64,000 nucleotides of DNA from Octopus vulgaris (Eukaryota). The notes under the pieces are model-generated. The model ran no database searches. It saw nothing but the letters and a program-made list of their open reading frames with translations, and had not been told where the DNA came from. Below, piece after piece: positions 26,030 through 39,716 of the stretch. The stretch covers positions 102,796,001 to 102,860,000 of the forward strand of contig OX597818.1 of assembly GCA_951406725.2 (NCBI GenBank). Direction: 5' to 3'. Both the position numbers and the translations under genes were made by a program. Every line of letters begins with the position of its first letter. The stretch's first letter is position 1.

Positions 26030-26420
26030 TAGTGCTTTCTCCCTGCTGTTTGGAGCTGAAATTTGGACATTCGAGAGAGCTGCGACAGATTATGAATATC
26101 ACTGTCTTTGACAAGATCAGGGATGAAGAGACCCTATGGTGTGTTTGTCTACCTCCTATGATGAAAGACCTCGTTGATAGAAGTTTACATTGCTTAGGAC
26201 ACGTACAAAGGATGGACACCAGCAGACTCTGCAGACAACTTCTTTACTCCCAACTGTGCAAGAAGGAAAAAAACCCATGAATGACCTAAACTGAGATACA
26301 AAAATACTGCAAAAATGAATATGAAGTGGAAAGGAGTTGATCATAATAAATGGCAACCTCAAGCGAAAAGCAGACAAGTATCATCTCATGCCAAATCCAT
26401 GAACGTTCGTAGTCGCGACG
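26030..26420 (+). pseudogene. RTE-clade LINE ORF 3' fragment
   Basis: LRQIMNITVFDKIRDEETL...LHCLGHVQRMDTSRLCRQLLYSQL matches the RTE pattern LRWLGHVxRMxxxRLPKQLLYGEL. Confidence 0.8.
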
Positions 26421-26641
26421 ACTGACTAAAGATAAGGAATGATAATTTTGGAAGATATATGATTTTTTAAGGTTACAGTTACCGCTTTTGGGTTTCATCC
26501 ATATGTAATGTTAAAAGACGTGGTTTCTTTGTGTTCAACTTAACGTCGTCCGAGTAGCATTCGAGTGGTGACCATCCTGTCTACTTTTCTGACTACGTGT
26601 CCAATATAGTTATTTATCTTTAACGCAGTAGAATAAACATT

Positions 26642-27064
26642 GGATCTTTTCGGTTTGAACGGCAGTTTTTTTCTAGTGGTGTCATATGAAATTGTCACCC
26701 ATAATTATGACCCTAGTATCGATCTATTGCATTTCAATCTGTTTTAGGGTTAGGATTAGGGTTAGGAGTGGGGGAAGGGTATCATTTTTTCTTCACAAAT
26801 ATAAATAAACCCAATCTGCTTCTAAAACGAGGGACATATTCATACGGCACAGAATGTTTTTTAACTCAATAGACGTCACTGATTGGTTGAAATTGCAGAA
26901 ATTGAAGAAAACAAACAACAAATATCTTACAAACTATAGAATTTTCTCAATAAAGCCAAGAGAAAAAGATGTTTTATAAACACATTCTACCAGTATACGA
27001 AGTTTAAAATTTTTTAGTTATCTAGAAATTATGTTAAAAACTGCCGTTCAAACCGAAAAGATCC
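26642..27064. mobile_element. MITE with GGATC termini and 8-bp TSD
   Basis: 29-bp TIR ggatcttttcggtttgaacggcagttttt; TSD taaacatt/aaaacatt. Confidence 0.9.
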
Positions 27065-28146
27065 AAAACATTTAATTTGGAGTGTTGGTATGACTGCATT
27101 GAGATGGCGAGCAAAGAGAAATGACCATCTAATCCTACCGGTGCAGTTTACCTATGAAAGGAGAAAGATACGTGTTGCGTGCAATAAAATCATGGACAAT
27201 GATGACTCCAGAAAGTTGTAATATTTGATAAATGATGTCAATAAAATTGTGGTAGTTAGATGATTTCTGTGGGGAGGCAGAGACAACATATAAACTTCAA
27301 GGAATGATAAAAGAGAGACTGTGACCAGAGTATGAATAATTTTATGTTGCTGATACGCAGCTAAGATAGGTTAGTATCTGCAACAGCGGATACATCACAA
27401 GTGCAGATGTCATAATAAACCTTAAGTCTATCACGAAGCTGATCGGTAAGGTAGCAATAAGTTTGAGTGGATTAAAGAATAAACTATTACCTCAAAGGAC
27501 TTGAACTAAAATCCGATGCAGGTATTTCTTTACACATTTAGCAATGCATTTAGTTTCACGAATCTCTGTTAGTCCATCGAATGTGAATAATCCCAGATAT
27601 TTTCGATGTCGAATCGCTTTCTCAGATTGGTTAACACCTTATCTTGCGTTAAAAATATGTATCTCTCTTTTCGGTCTGACATTAGGAAGAGGATTCACAA
27701 AGGACTTGTGAGACGTTACAAAATGCCACCAAATACATTCTAGGCAATCGAAATTTCCGAGCCGGTTTCGATTCATCATAGTCTTCTTTTATTATAACCC
27801 AAACCTCTTAACCAATGTTAAAAACTTATGATAATCAATTCTATGACAAGCAATTACTTGGCACAACATTAAGCTCAGATGTGTCATAAATAATTTTACC
27901 ATAAAATCGCATGACAACGATATCTTTAAAATCAATATAAATTATAAGAAACATGAGAAAAAAAATCTTCTCAGACGTCAATTGCTTTTATATTATTTTC
28001 CTTTTCTTACTTTTTACGGTCAGCTTCAAGATAAAATATTTCCTATCTCTCCCTCTCTCTTAATCTCACTCTTGATCACTCTTTGCATCTCACTTGCTCT
28101 CGCCAAGTGTCTGTCTTTTTCTCCCTTTATATATGCATACATACAT

Positions 28147-28226
<80 letters not shown>

Positions 28227-29049
28227 GTAAGTACTATGTATATATATACGCACACACATGCACACACACATACAAATATACATACATATTTTCATACAAA
28301 CATACATACATACATATGTATGTATATGTATATATACTCCTATTTATCGCTCACAATCATGTGCCCTTTGATATTTAACATATTAGACGATTAAGTGTGT
28401 AACAAACATGTTATAAAACCTGTCTTTTTTTTCTGGCACATTTAACCGTATTACCGAGAACTGCGAATATTTAAATAACATCTAATATTTCATATATATG
28501 TTTACAGAAAAATACATGACAAACACAGAGAAGAAAAGTATTAGTCAAGCTTCTAACTCAGACTTTCCAGTGTTTTAAATGGTTTGGGGTCCCTGTTGAA
28601 ACCGTTATCTATGCCATTATTTCTATTAAAAACGCTAGAAAGTTAAAGATTCTCAGTTATGGTTGTCATCTATCGTTCAACATCAAGTCTGTCTTGGTCA
28701 GGTAAACTTATTCATGACCTACCCTCCATTCATCTTCTTTGATTACTATTCCACAGAGGGTCGGGGTGGGGGGGGTAGACTCCTAAGACATCTTCTTCAT
28801 GGGATCCTGTGGTGCCCAAGGATAACCAACTGAGATTATGGACATTATCCAACCAGCTCGTCCTTGGTCAGGGCTGTGACCTGTCAATGTAGCGAGTTGA
28901 CCTACCTGCAGAGAATCCCTGATTTCCGAGCAATGCACCCTTCCGAGTAACGTTACTCCGGAGGCCCTTCGGAGGGATCCTATTTCGGCTGATTATATTC
29001 ACGATCGCACTCTTTCGGTTATAATCTAATATCAAATATCGATTGCAAA

Positions 29050-29368
29050 CTTTGGCACAAGGACAGAAAGTTCGGGGAAGGAGACTAATCGATTACATCG
29101 ACCCTAGTGTACAACAGGTACTTATCTTATCGACCCGAGGGGGTGAAAGATAAAGTCAACCTCGGCCGAATTTGAACTCAGAACGTGAAGACGGACGAAA
29201 TGCCGCTAAACAATTCTCACCGCTAAGTGAGTTACTCAGCGCGACTTCAGCAGGCGAATGTTCGAGATCCAGTGAGGACTTTCGTATTTGAAAAAAGGAA
29301 AACAATGTCAAACAACAAAATCCCTACCGAATGCCGGCGTGCTAACGATTTTGCCATCTCACCACCTG
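29050..29368 (-). mobile_element. SINE family B with a ~120-bp insert in its head
   Basis: Family B homology at 29050-29210 resumes at ~29334 (gccggcgtgctaacg). Confidence 0.7.
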
Positions 29369-29717
29369 AATCTTATATTAAATATCACTAAGAAGGATGG
29401 TAGGCAATACCATATTAAGAGAAACGACATTTGCGCAACGTAATACTCAGTAGAATCGAACCTGAAAGAAGGAGTCTCGAAAAAAGTGTCTTTACCACGT
29501 AACTATGTCTGTGCTCATATCCAAATCTTTACCAATGCTTATATTCAAATTTCACCGGATTCATCTTTGCTTTTTGTCTATTTAAGTTACATCTAACATG
29601 CAAATAGTAGTGATCCATTCCTTTGTAGTTTTCCTGTGCAAACGTTTGAAATGTCTAAATTGTGATGCGAACGCTGGCATAATAATTATAGTAATTATAA
29701 TAATTATAGTAATTATA

Positions 29718-30130
29718 GGTACAAGTATTGTTGTGTGGTTAAGGATCTCGCTTTTAACCACGTGGTTTCGGGTTTCTGTTCCAATGAGCGCCACCCTGTG
29801 CAAGTGTCTAGTGCTATAGCCTCGGGGCCGACCGAAGACTTATGAGTGAATTTGTTACACGAAAACAACTCAGAAACCAATCATGTGTGTGTGTGTGTGT
29901 GTGTGTATGATTGCGTTTGTGTTTGTCCCCACCCCAACTACTTGACGATCTGTGTTATCTTTTTTCTGTCCCCGAAAACTAGTGTTTCGTCAAAAAGGAC
30001 TAATATAATAAGTAACACATTATAAAGACATGTAATAAGGTGTCGACCAGGTCAGCTAAAACCCTTCAAGGAGGTGCCCCAGCATGGCCGTAGACCAATG
30101 ACTGAAACAAGTAAAAAAAAATAAAAGATA
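29718..30130 (+). mobile_element. SINE family A, older diverged copy
   Basis: Recognisable head and tail ggtgccccagcatggccgtagaccaatgactgaaacaagtaaaa. Confidence 0.8.
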
Positions 30131-30259
30131 ATATTATTTACATTGATTTTACGAATTTTTCCGATATTCATATCTGTGATTTTTTTTTTCCTTTCTTCCT
30201 CCGATCGGCTCCTATATCCTATGTCATTTGCATTTTTTTTTCATTCTTAATGCCAGACA

Positions 30260-31690
30260 GGCGACGAGCTGGCAGAAACGTTAGCATGCCGGGCGAAATG
30301 CTTAGCAGTATTTCGTCTGTCTTTATGTTCTGAGTTCAAATTCCACCGAGGTCGACTTTGCCTGTCATCCTTTCGGGGTCGATTAAATAAGTACCAGTTA
30401 CGCACTGGGGTCGATATAATCGACTTAATCCGTTTGTCTATCCCTGTTTGCCCTCTCTGTGTTTAGCCCCTTGTGGGTTGTAAAGAAATAGGTATTTCGT
30501 CTGCCGTTACGTTCTGAGTTCAAATTCCGCTGAGGCCGACTTTGCCTTTCATCCTTTCGGGGTCGATTAAATAAGTACCAGTTACGCACTGGAGTCGATA
30601 TAATCGACTTAATCCGTTTGTCTCTCCTTGTTTGTCCTCTCTGTGTTTAGCCTCTTGTGGTCTGTAAAGAAATAAGAATCGTTGGCATGTCAAGCAAAAT
30701 GATCGACGGCATTTCTTCTGTCTCTACGTTCTCAGTAATAATTCCGCCGAAAACGACTTGCTCTTCATCCTTTCGGGGTCGATGAAATAAGTACAAGATA
30801 CACGCTCGGGTCGAAGTAATCGACCAGACCCCTCCCCTTAAAATTTCAGACTTAGTACCTTTAGCAGAAAATATTATTGATGGCAGAAAGGTAACAACCT
30901 GGCAAAATTGTTAGCTCGCGGCGGCGAGCTGGCAGAAACGTTAGAACGCTGGGCGAAATGCTTACCGGTATTTCGTCTGCCGCTATGTTCTGAGTTCAAA
31001 TTCTTCCGAGGTCGACTTTGCCTTTCATCCTTCGGGATCGATTAAATAAGTACCAGTTACGCACTGGGGTCGATATAATCACCTTAATCCGTTTGTTAGG
31101 ACGCCGGACAAAATGCTTAGCGGCATTCCTTCAGGTTTTAACTTCTGAGTTCCAATTCCGCAGAGGTCGACTTTGCTTTCCATCCTTTCGAAGTCGATAA
31201 AAATAAGTAGCAATTAAGAATTGGGTTTGATGTAATCGACCAGAACCTTCCCGCCAAAACGTTTAAGGCACTATTCCTAAGTAGAAAGAACAATTGATGT
31301 CAGAGCCATCGGAAGGTCAGAAAAATGCTTTGAAATATTTTATCAGTCTCATTACGCTTTTGAGCTCAAAACCCGCTAAGATTAGTTTTGCATTTCATCC
31401 CTGCGGTGTTGAAAGATTAAAGTAATCTTCAAATTTTCGAGCCTTACTTCTAAATCAGAAACGTTTATTGATGGCAATCTAAAAATGCAGCGAGGTAGCA
31501 TAATCGTCGGAGTGGCAGGAAAATGCTTTGCAGTATTTCTTTCGTCACTTTACAATTTTGAGTTCAAATTTCACCGAGGACAGCTTTGCCTTTTGTCCCT
31601 CCGGGGTTGATAAGCTGAAGTACCACTCAAAACTTATGGTAGATTATATAGATATTAGTCTCTTGCCTTTCAAACTTGCTGGCCTAAATC
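30260..31690 (+). mobile_element. SINE family B, array of about seven units of mixed age
   Basis: Repeated ttctgagttcaaattccgccgaggtcgactttgcctttcatcctttcggggtcga cores with variable divergence. Confidence 0.88.
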
Positions 31691-32284
31691 GAATACGATT
31701 GTTGATGGAAAATGTCCAGTCTGTAAGAAAAATATTAAATGATTTAATAATTATTTGCCTGTCTGGTATTTTCTGCCAGCCTCAATATTATACTATTTTG
31801 ATCATCATAACATTTTTACTGGAATGAATAATAACCCATTGAGTCATACTATAGACACAAATGTCTCTCAACAACTCACTTTGAAATAGAAACCTATGGC
31901 AACAAGAACAAAAACTAAGACTGACAGTGAGCCGAGTCTGTCTACATTGCTTCGATTCCCGGTTGATATATTTTGCACACCATCCGGTCAAATCTTTGAC
32001 TGATAAATCAACAGCGCTCAAAAGGTGACAGGATGATTTCGTAATTTATAGTTCAATAAAGAATTCGTAGAGTACCGAATAATATGCTTTATATTTTTGT
32101 CTCTACATTCTGAATTTCAGCTACCACCTGGGTTGACTTTGTTTTTCATCTTTCCGAGATTATCAATTACTGCGGTAGATTCTTCTCGAATATATCATGC
32201 GCGCTCACTTCTGAGATGGGTATTTTGTACCAATGACAATGTTTAATAGTAAGAGGTAATCTCCATGCAAGGGATCTTTTTTTT

Positions 32285-32470
32285 TCTTTTATCTCTTATC
32301 GTTTCAGTCAATAGACTGCGCCGCAGCTCGATCCCACAATTTATTACATTTAAAGTGTGGCACTTATTTTATTCTATCGGTCTCTTTTGCCAGTCCACTA
32401 AGCTTCATTGACGTAAACAAACAAATACCGGTTGTCAGCAGGGGGGACAAACACAAAGACACACAAACAC
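32285..32470 (-). mobile_element. SINE family A, degenerate 3' half
   Basis: attctatcggtctcttttgcc...gggggacaaacaca. Confidence 0.65.
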
Positions 32471-32472
32471 AA

Positions 32473-32504
<32 letters not shown>

Positions 32505-32876
32505 ACACACACATCTATAGAAATATTAGCGTCAAGCAGTGTTCAGGCATGAGCAAAATTTTGGTTAAAGTATGTGTCTGACATATTTCAACTGCTAAAA
32601 GACAAACACACTGCATTTACCGTGGGGAAAATACCCCTCTTATGGCAAAAGGAGTCAAAACATTTGCAAAAGTGGGTGTTTTCACACATTTTACCATAAT
32701 ATAGACGGTGGGTAAGATATTTCAGCACAGATTTAGGTTTATAAAAAAAAAATTAATAATAAAAACAGAAATATAAAATGACAGATAACTTTATCAAAAA
32801 ATCCTGAGGAAAAATATTAAACCTTCTTTTCTATAACGTAATTAAATAAAGCCACCTTCAGCTTCAACTGCTTCTA

Positions 32877-34157
32877 TTGGGTTGGCAACTAAGTTCCCGA
32901 CGTTATTTTTTTTAAATTTAAGTTTTTTAAAGGTTTAATAAAAAAAAAATAACAACTAATTAATCAATAATGTCTTCACCCTTGTTGTTTGCCACTTCTT
33001 CCCAACGTTCAATAAAATTTTCAATACCTCGTTGGTAGAAATTACCTGATTTCGACTCGAAAAATTGATCCAACCAAGCTCTCAATTCTTCATCAGTATT
33101 GAACGAAACTACGCTCATAGCATTTGAAAGAAATCGAAAGAGGTGGAAATCCGTTGGTGCTAAATCAGAAGAGTAGGGCGGGTGTAGCAGCACTTCCCAG
33201 CCATGCGTTTGAATGGCTTTCTTGGTCATATTGGCGATATGAGGGCGGGGGTTGTCGTGCAGCAGAACTCCATGCTGTCGATTAGGTCTTTTCTCTTGAA
33301 TAGCCGTGTTGAGTCGTTCCATCTGTTGAACATAGAGTTCCGCATTGACTGTTTGGTTCCGTTCAAGCAATTCGTAATGGGTAATCCCTTCCCAGTCCCA
33401 CCATAAGCACAACATCGTTTTATGCGGATGAAGATCTTCTTTCACGCGCGGTGTCGCTTGTTTACCGGGTCCAAGCCATTCCTTACGCTGCTTCATATTA
33501 ATGTACAGGAACCATTCTTCATTGCCAGTAACGATTCGGTAACGAAAACGTTGCTTGAGTCCATGAGTTGAGTGGTGACGAGCAAGCAAACCAGCGGATA
33601 TTGTGGCTCGTTGATTTTTCTTGTTGTCACTTAAAGAATGCGGAACCCATGCTCTATACTTCTGAACCTTTCTTATCGTGTGATGATGCTTCTCTATAGC
33701 AGTGTGGGAGCATTCTATTTTCTCTGCTAGTTCCATTGTTGTTTCGTGCAAAATTGGTTTAATCGCTCTTCATCTAACTCAACGGCCAAAACGAGGTGCG
33801 TCTTTGAGGTTAGAATTTTCATTTTTGAACTTGGCATATCAATCACGAGCAGTTCTTTCAGCTATGGCACCCTCTCCATACACAGCACAAATGTCGCAAG
33901 CAGCTTTTGTGACCTTATAACCTTGATTAAAAGCAAAAAGGAGGTGTCGAAAATGCTCGTTTTTCTTAACTTGACATTCCATTTTAATGATCTGAAAATA
34001 AACAAAAATTAACTAAAATTAACTAGAAAATAAAACAAAATAGATTCTAAAATGATTCAAAAGTAGAATTCTCGAACAAAATAGATTCCAAAATTGAAAA
34101 ACGCAATAAATTCCAGAATTAAAAAAAAAAACGGCGAGAACTTAGTTGCCAACCCAA
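32877..34157 (-). mobile_element. Full-length mariner (DD34D) element, 1281 bp
   Basis: TIRs ttgggttggcaactaagttc; TA TSD at 32875-32876 and 34158-34159. Confidence 0.95.
32960..33982 (-). pseudogene. Mariner transposase, inactivated
   Basis: ATG at 33982 (MECQVKKNEHFRHLL); in-frame stops and a frameshift near 33760-33845; motifs WVPHSL, IVTGNE (first catalytic D changed to N), HDNPRPH, YSSDLAPTDF. Confidence 0.92.
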
Positions 34158-34714
34158 TATATGAGATCTAAATCATCTACATGCTGGAATCAAGTGGTCC
34201 TGGTACATTTTGGACATTACTCTGACTATGGCAACTTTTAAAGTATCTTTGGTGTTATGGTGTTTGTTTCGCTGACTGGACTTATCAACTGTCTTCCTAC
34301 CCAAAATTTCCGAGGCCAAAGAAAGAGCGTGTACAGAGTCACTCGACCTGCTAGAAATGACAGCCCAATTTTCTTTAAATTCGACAGTACTGTTCTAAAA
34401 CGCGAAGGACAATTTTGGATATCGTAGTAGTTGACAGAACGTGATTGAAGAGAAAACGAGATCATACTTCTGCTGATTCGGTGCCGACTATGAGTAAACG
34501 ATATTAACACCAACAATGATGACAACAACGGCTACAACAACAACAACAACAACAGCAACAACGTATAGTTCTCTATAATCTGTAACCTTATATCTCAATC
34601 TGAGAATATTATCTTTTCTTTACAAACGAAGGACTAACGAACCTGATTGAAATGGCGCTATAAATTTGATCTCATTTGTCATTGCCACCAGTAATTTTTA
34701 TTTAATAGCTTTTG

Positions 34715-34881
34715 TGTGGGGTGGCTGTGTGGTAAGAAGTTTGCTTCCCGCCCATATGGTTCCATGCTCAATTCCACTCCTTGGCACTTTGGACAAGAGT
34801 CTTCTACTATAGCCCCAGGCTGGGCAAACCCTAGTAAGTGAATTCGTAGAGCGAAACTGAAAGAGACTTCCTGTATATATT

Positions 34882-34914
<33 letters not shown>

Positions 34915-35277
34915 ACAATTGAGGGTAAAATTAATTAATTATTAATCAATTTCACCAAGTATTCAGTATAAGGGACCATTTAGGCAATTCAGTAAAATAA
35001 ATTACTTTGCCACATACTGAACTCATTAGAAATAGCAGCTAAAGAAATTTCTTCAGCTATTTCTAATACTTAAAGAAGATCTCTCTCAGATAGTGTTTGC
35101 CTAAACCAACTCAGAAAAGTATGGGGGAAAAAAACATTAAAAAATCAAGTGCAAAGGTTATTTGAGAACGTACGTTTCTAGATTAGTCAATTCGACATTT
35201 CTTTCGTCATATATATATGTATGTATGTATGTATTTATATATATAAGTATATATATATGTATGTATGTATGTATTTG

Positions 35278-35320
<43 letters not shown>

Positions 35321-35602
35321 TATATATATTATATATATATGTATATATATAAGGGCTTAGTAAAATAAATTACTTTGCCACATACTGAACTCATTAGAAA
35401 TAGCAGCTAAAGAAATTTCTTCAGCTATTTCTAATACTTAAAGAAGATCTCTCAGATAGTGTTTGCCTAAACCAACTCAGAAAAGTATGGGGGAAAAAAA
35501 CATTAAAAAATCAAGTGCAAAGGTTATTTGAGAACGTACGTTTCTAGATTAGTCAATTCGACATTTCTTTCGTCATATATATATATATAGTATGTATGTA
35601 TG

Positions 35603-35693
<91 letters not shown>

Positions 35694-35696
35694 GTA

Positions 35697-35763
<67 letters not shown>

Positions 35764-35842
35764 CATATGTATATATATGTATATATATATATATATTATA
35801 TATATATATATGTATATATATATGTCTGTGTATATATATATG

Positions 35843-35904
<62 letters not shown>

Positions 35905-36170
35905 TATATATATGTGTGTGTGTGTATGTTTGTATGTATATATGTGTGTGAGAGAGAGGGGGTATAGAGAAAGAAAGAAAGGGAGTTTCTGTTTGTCCCC
36001 AACCGTTGATTGACAACCGGTGTTGGTTTGTTTACATCTCTGAAACTTTACATTTCGGCTAAAAATATCAATAGAATAAAATTTTTAGAAAACAATTCGT
36101 TCGAATAAACTCCTTCGAGATTGTACTCCAGCATGGCCGTAGTTGAATGACTGAAACAAGTAAGAGATTA
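34715..36170 (+). mobile_element. SINE family A split by ~1.1 kb of microsatellite and inserts
   Basis: Head 34715-34870 and tail 35985-36170 lie in the same orientation and order. Confidence 0.7.
34912..35575 (-). mobile_element. Penelope-like fragment, tandemly duplicated, with truncated hammerhead
   Basis: 34991-35209 and 35359-35575 are nearly identical; the minus strand begins TGACGA-aagaaatgtc(gaatt)gactaatcta-GAAA-cgtacg-TT. Confidence 0.6.
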
Positions 36171-36836
36171 AAAATAAATACATGAATTAGTCTACAGACA
36201 TTTACAGATGCAGATTAGAACTAGTACAGTTACCCGTTAGCTGCCTCTATTATCCATTTATTTATTTTTTTTTTTTGTTACTATGATCTTTCATTCTTTT
36301 TTCTATAGCTTTGCGCGCTTTATTATATTTCCGGTAAAAATGTTTCTAACAGAAGGAAAGAAATTTTGTTAATGTTATTTTTTCTTTATATTTCGTCAAT
36401 TATACTCACAAAGAATGACGTCAGAATTGATAATGCAGAGCTAATCTTTCACACACACACACACACACACTCACACACACACACACACACAGACATACGC
36501 ATACACTCATATTCACGAATACACACGATCATTAAGCATTTCTAATAAGACAGGAAAAAAAATTCTTGTCAGATTTATTTCGCTAAACATTCTAGTAATT
36601 GTCTGGGATATTAATTAATTAAACAATTTGTATTCTTTCAACGAATATCTTAACGAAACCCAACATAAAGAAAAAATAAAAGAAAATAATAATTTACGTT
36701 ACCAACAACACAAAAACCAGGCCCCACGAAGGAAGGGAGGACGAAGCAAATACACGGAAAACTGAAAACGTATAAACTATAGCGTGAAGGTGGAAAGAAA
36801 TGCGGCGAGATAATTTGCGTACGTGAGGGGGCTTGT

Positions 36837-36903
<67 letters not shown>

Positions 36904-37175
36904 TGTGTGCATGTGTGTGTATCTATGTGTATGTTTCTATGTGTGTGTCCATATGTGTGCGTTTGTCTGTTTGTGTGTCTATGTGTGTGTATGCGTGTGT
37001 TTGTGTATGTATGGATATGTGTGTGTGTTTGTGTGTGTCTGTGTGTGTCTGTGTACTTGCGTGTGCCTGTGTGCTTGTGTGTGTTTGTGTGTGTATGTGT
37101 GTGTGTCTATGTGTGTGTTTGTTAATTTTTCTGTCTACGTGTGTATATGTGTATGTATGTGTGTGTGTTGGTATA

Positions 37176-37206
<31 letters not shown>

Positions 37207-37406
37207 GTGTGTGTGTGTGAGTGTGTGTGTGTGTGTGGTTACTGGAATATGGAAAAGTTTGTGCATCAGGGGGCACAATCTATAATTACCACATCTGTGC
37301 AAAAGAGTCTAAGTCCCTACAAAGAGTAAAAAAGCCGTATCAATTCTGCTCATGTTTCAGAGAACAATTAAGCGATGGCATTAATTATAATTCAGCTCCT
37401 GCTTTC

Positions 37407-37439
<33 letters not shown>

Positions 37440-37706
37440 TGTATGTATGTATGTATGTATGTATGTATGTATGTATGTATGTATGTATGAATGTATGTAT
37501 GCATGTACGTATGCATGTATGTATGTATGTATGTAAGTATGTATGTATGTATGTATGAATGTATGTATGCATGTACGTATGCATGCATGCATGTATGTAT
37601 GTATGTATGTATGTATGTATGTATGCATGCATGTATGTATGTATGTATATATGTATACATGCATGCTTGCATATAAGTATGCGAGCAAGTGTATGAATGT
37701 ATGTAT

Positions 37707-38121
37707 ACTCTTTACTCTCTATTTTGCTTGTTTCAGTCATTTGACTGCGGCCATGCTGGAGCACCGCCTTTAATCGAGCAACTCGACCCCGGGACTTATT
37801 CTTTTGTAAGCCCAGTACTTATTCTATCGCTCTCTTTTGCCGAACCGCTAAGTAACGGGGACATAAACACACCAGCATCGGTTGTCAAGCAATGCTAGAG
37901 GGACAAACACAGACACACAAACACAGATACACACATTTATATATATATACATATATACGACGGGCTTCTTTCAGTTTCCGTCTACCAAATCCACTCACAA
38001 GGCTTTGATCAGCCCGTGGCTATAGTAGAAGACACTTGCCCAAGGTGCCACGCAGTGGGACTGAACCCGGAACCATGTGGTTGGTAAACAAGCTACTTAC
38101 CACACAGCCTCTCCTGCGCCT
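37707..38121 (-). mobile_element. SINE family A
   Basis: Reverse complement of the reference copy. Confidence 0.92.
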
Positions 38122-38159
38122 ATATGTATGTATGTATGTGTGTAAGTGTATAAATAAAT

Positions 38160-38415
38160 AGCAGGATTTAGCTAGGGAAACATGACGATTGCGGAGACCT
38201 TTTACAAAAGTGGTCCCTGTTCTTATAGGTCTCATAGGTACTGTCGCCAACGGACTTAACATTCCCCTTATTGAGAGTGATTTAATTACGCGGATTGCAT
38301 TAATTCTGCTCTAGCAAGAACAGCAAGAATCGTAAGAAAGCTTCCTGGTACCTAAGAAAACAGATTGTGACTCGGTATCAAGGGCAATGATTCCACATGT
38401 AAAGAATTTGTTCAC

Positions 38416-38480
<65 letters not shown>
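38160..38480 (+). pseudogene. R4/Dong-like (restriction-like endonuclease clade) LINE 3' end with (TAA)n tail
   Basis: Translation LARET*RL...TKVVPVLIGLIGTVANGL...ALARTARIVRKL resembles VVPVVIGALG...LLGTARILRK. Confidence 0.6.
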
Positions 38481-38481
<1 letters not shown>

Positions 38482-38502
38482 GTGATAACAACAATAATCA
38501 TT

Positions 38503-38668
38503 TCTACTGACGCACGAGGCCTGAAATTTGGGGTAGGGGACTTCTCGATTACATCGATCCCAGTGTTTTACTGGTACTTAATTTATCGACCCCAAAAGGA
38601 TGAATGGGGCAGTCGACCTCGGCGGAATTTGAACTCAAAACGTAGCGACGGGCGAAAATACTGCTGAG
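38503..38668 (-). mobile_element. SINE family B
   Basis: ctggtacttaatttatcgaccccaaaaggatgaa...ggcggaatttgaactc. Confidence 0.75.
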
Positions 38669-38741
38669 CATATCCTCCAGCGTAGAAATGATTCGACCGC
38701 CTCATAGCCTCAATATCATCATCATTATCAAAATAATAAAA

Positions 38742-38868
<127 letters not shown>

Positions 38869-39130
38869 AAAATAATAATAATAATAACGATAATAATAAT
38901 AGTGTGTGTTTGCGCGCGCGTCAAACAAAACTATGAGAAGAGAAATAATTCGAAATGGCCAGAAGGATGTATTTCAGCAACAAAGACGAAGTATCTATCT
39001 AATAACACAGCGTGGCACATTGGGGAAGTATCTTCTACTATAGCCTCGGGTCAACCAAAGCCTTGTGAGTGGATTTGGTAGACGGAAACTGAAAGAAGCC
39101 CGTCGTATATATATATATATACATATATAT

Positions 39131-39652
39131 ATAATAGAAATATTAAAATTACTAAGTCTCTCTAAAGGAGATTACGGCAGCGTTACTGGATATTAATAGT
39201 TATCGCCAAACTAATATGGCAGTCCATAAATATAAGACTAAAGTTGTCGCTGATTAGCTCCAAGAGGCTATCGCCTCTAGCTAGCTATATGACACACGAA
39301 CCTGCGTCCATTGCAACCTTCGAACAGGGGAGGTCAGCCGCTTTACCTTGCTGGTCAGACATCTGCAGACTTGTTTCAGGGTTGTTGCCCTTTATCAATG
39401 CAGCGTAGTCAGATCCAGCAGGTGTCGCTACCGACCGTCTGTTCGAAGATTTTATTTACCTAGTTACAGTGGAATACATCCACTTGTTTTCAATAATAGA
39501 AATATTAAAATTACTAAGTCTCTCGAAGGTTGTAATGGACGCAGGCTCGTGTGTCATATAGCTAGCTAGAGACGATGGCCTCTTGGAGCTAATCAGCGAC
39601 AGCTTTAGTCTTATATTTATGGACTGCCATATTCGTTTGGCGATGACTATTA

Positions 39653-39655
<3 letters not shown>
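39131..39655 (-). mobile_element. Penelope-like element with direct and inverted repeats
   Basis: Direct repeat ataatagaaatattaaaattactaagtctctc at ~39131 and ~39493; inverted arms 39191-39322 and 39523-39655. Confidence 0.8.
39363..39403 (-). ncRNA. Minimal hammerhead ribozyme, U3-A8 core variant
   Basis: ctgca-TTGATAA-aggg(caacaa)ccct-GAAA-c(aa)gTC-tgcag: perfect stems I and II, GUC triplet. Confidence 0.7.

Positions 39656-39716
<61 letters not shown>

Noticed and set aside
30260-31690. CRISPR-like repeat array
   Set aside because: Units are ~180-bp SINE multimers without unique spacers, in a eukaryotic context.
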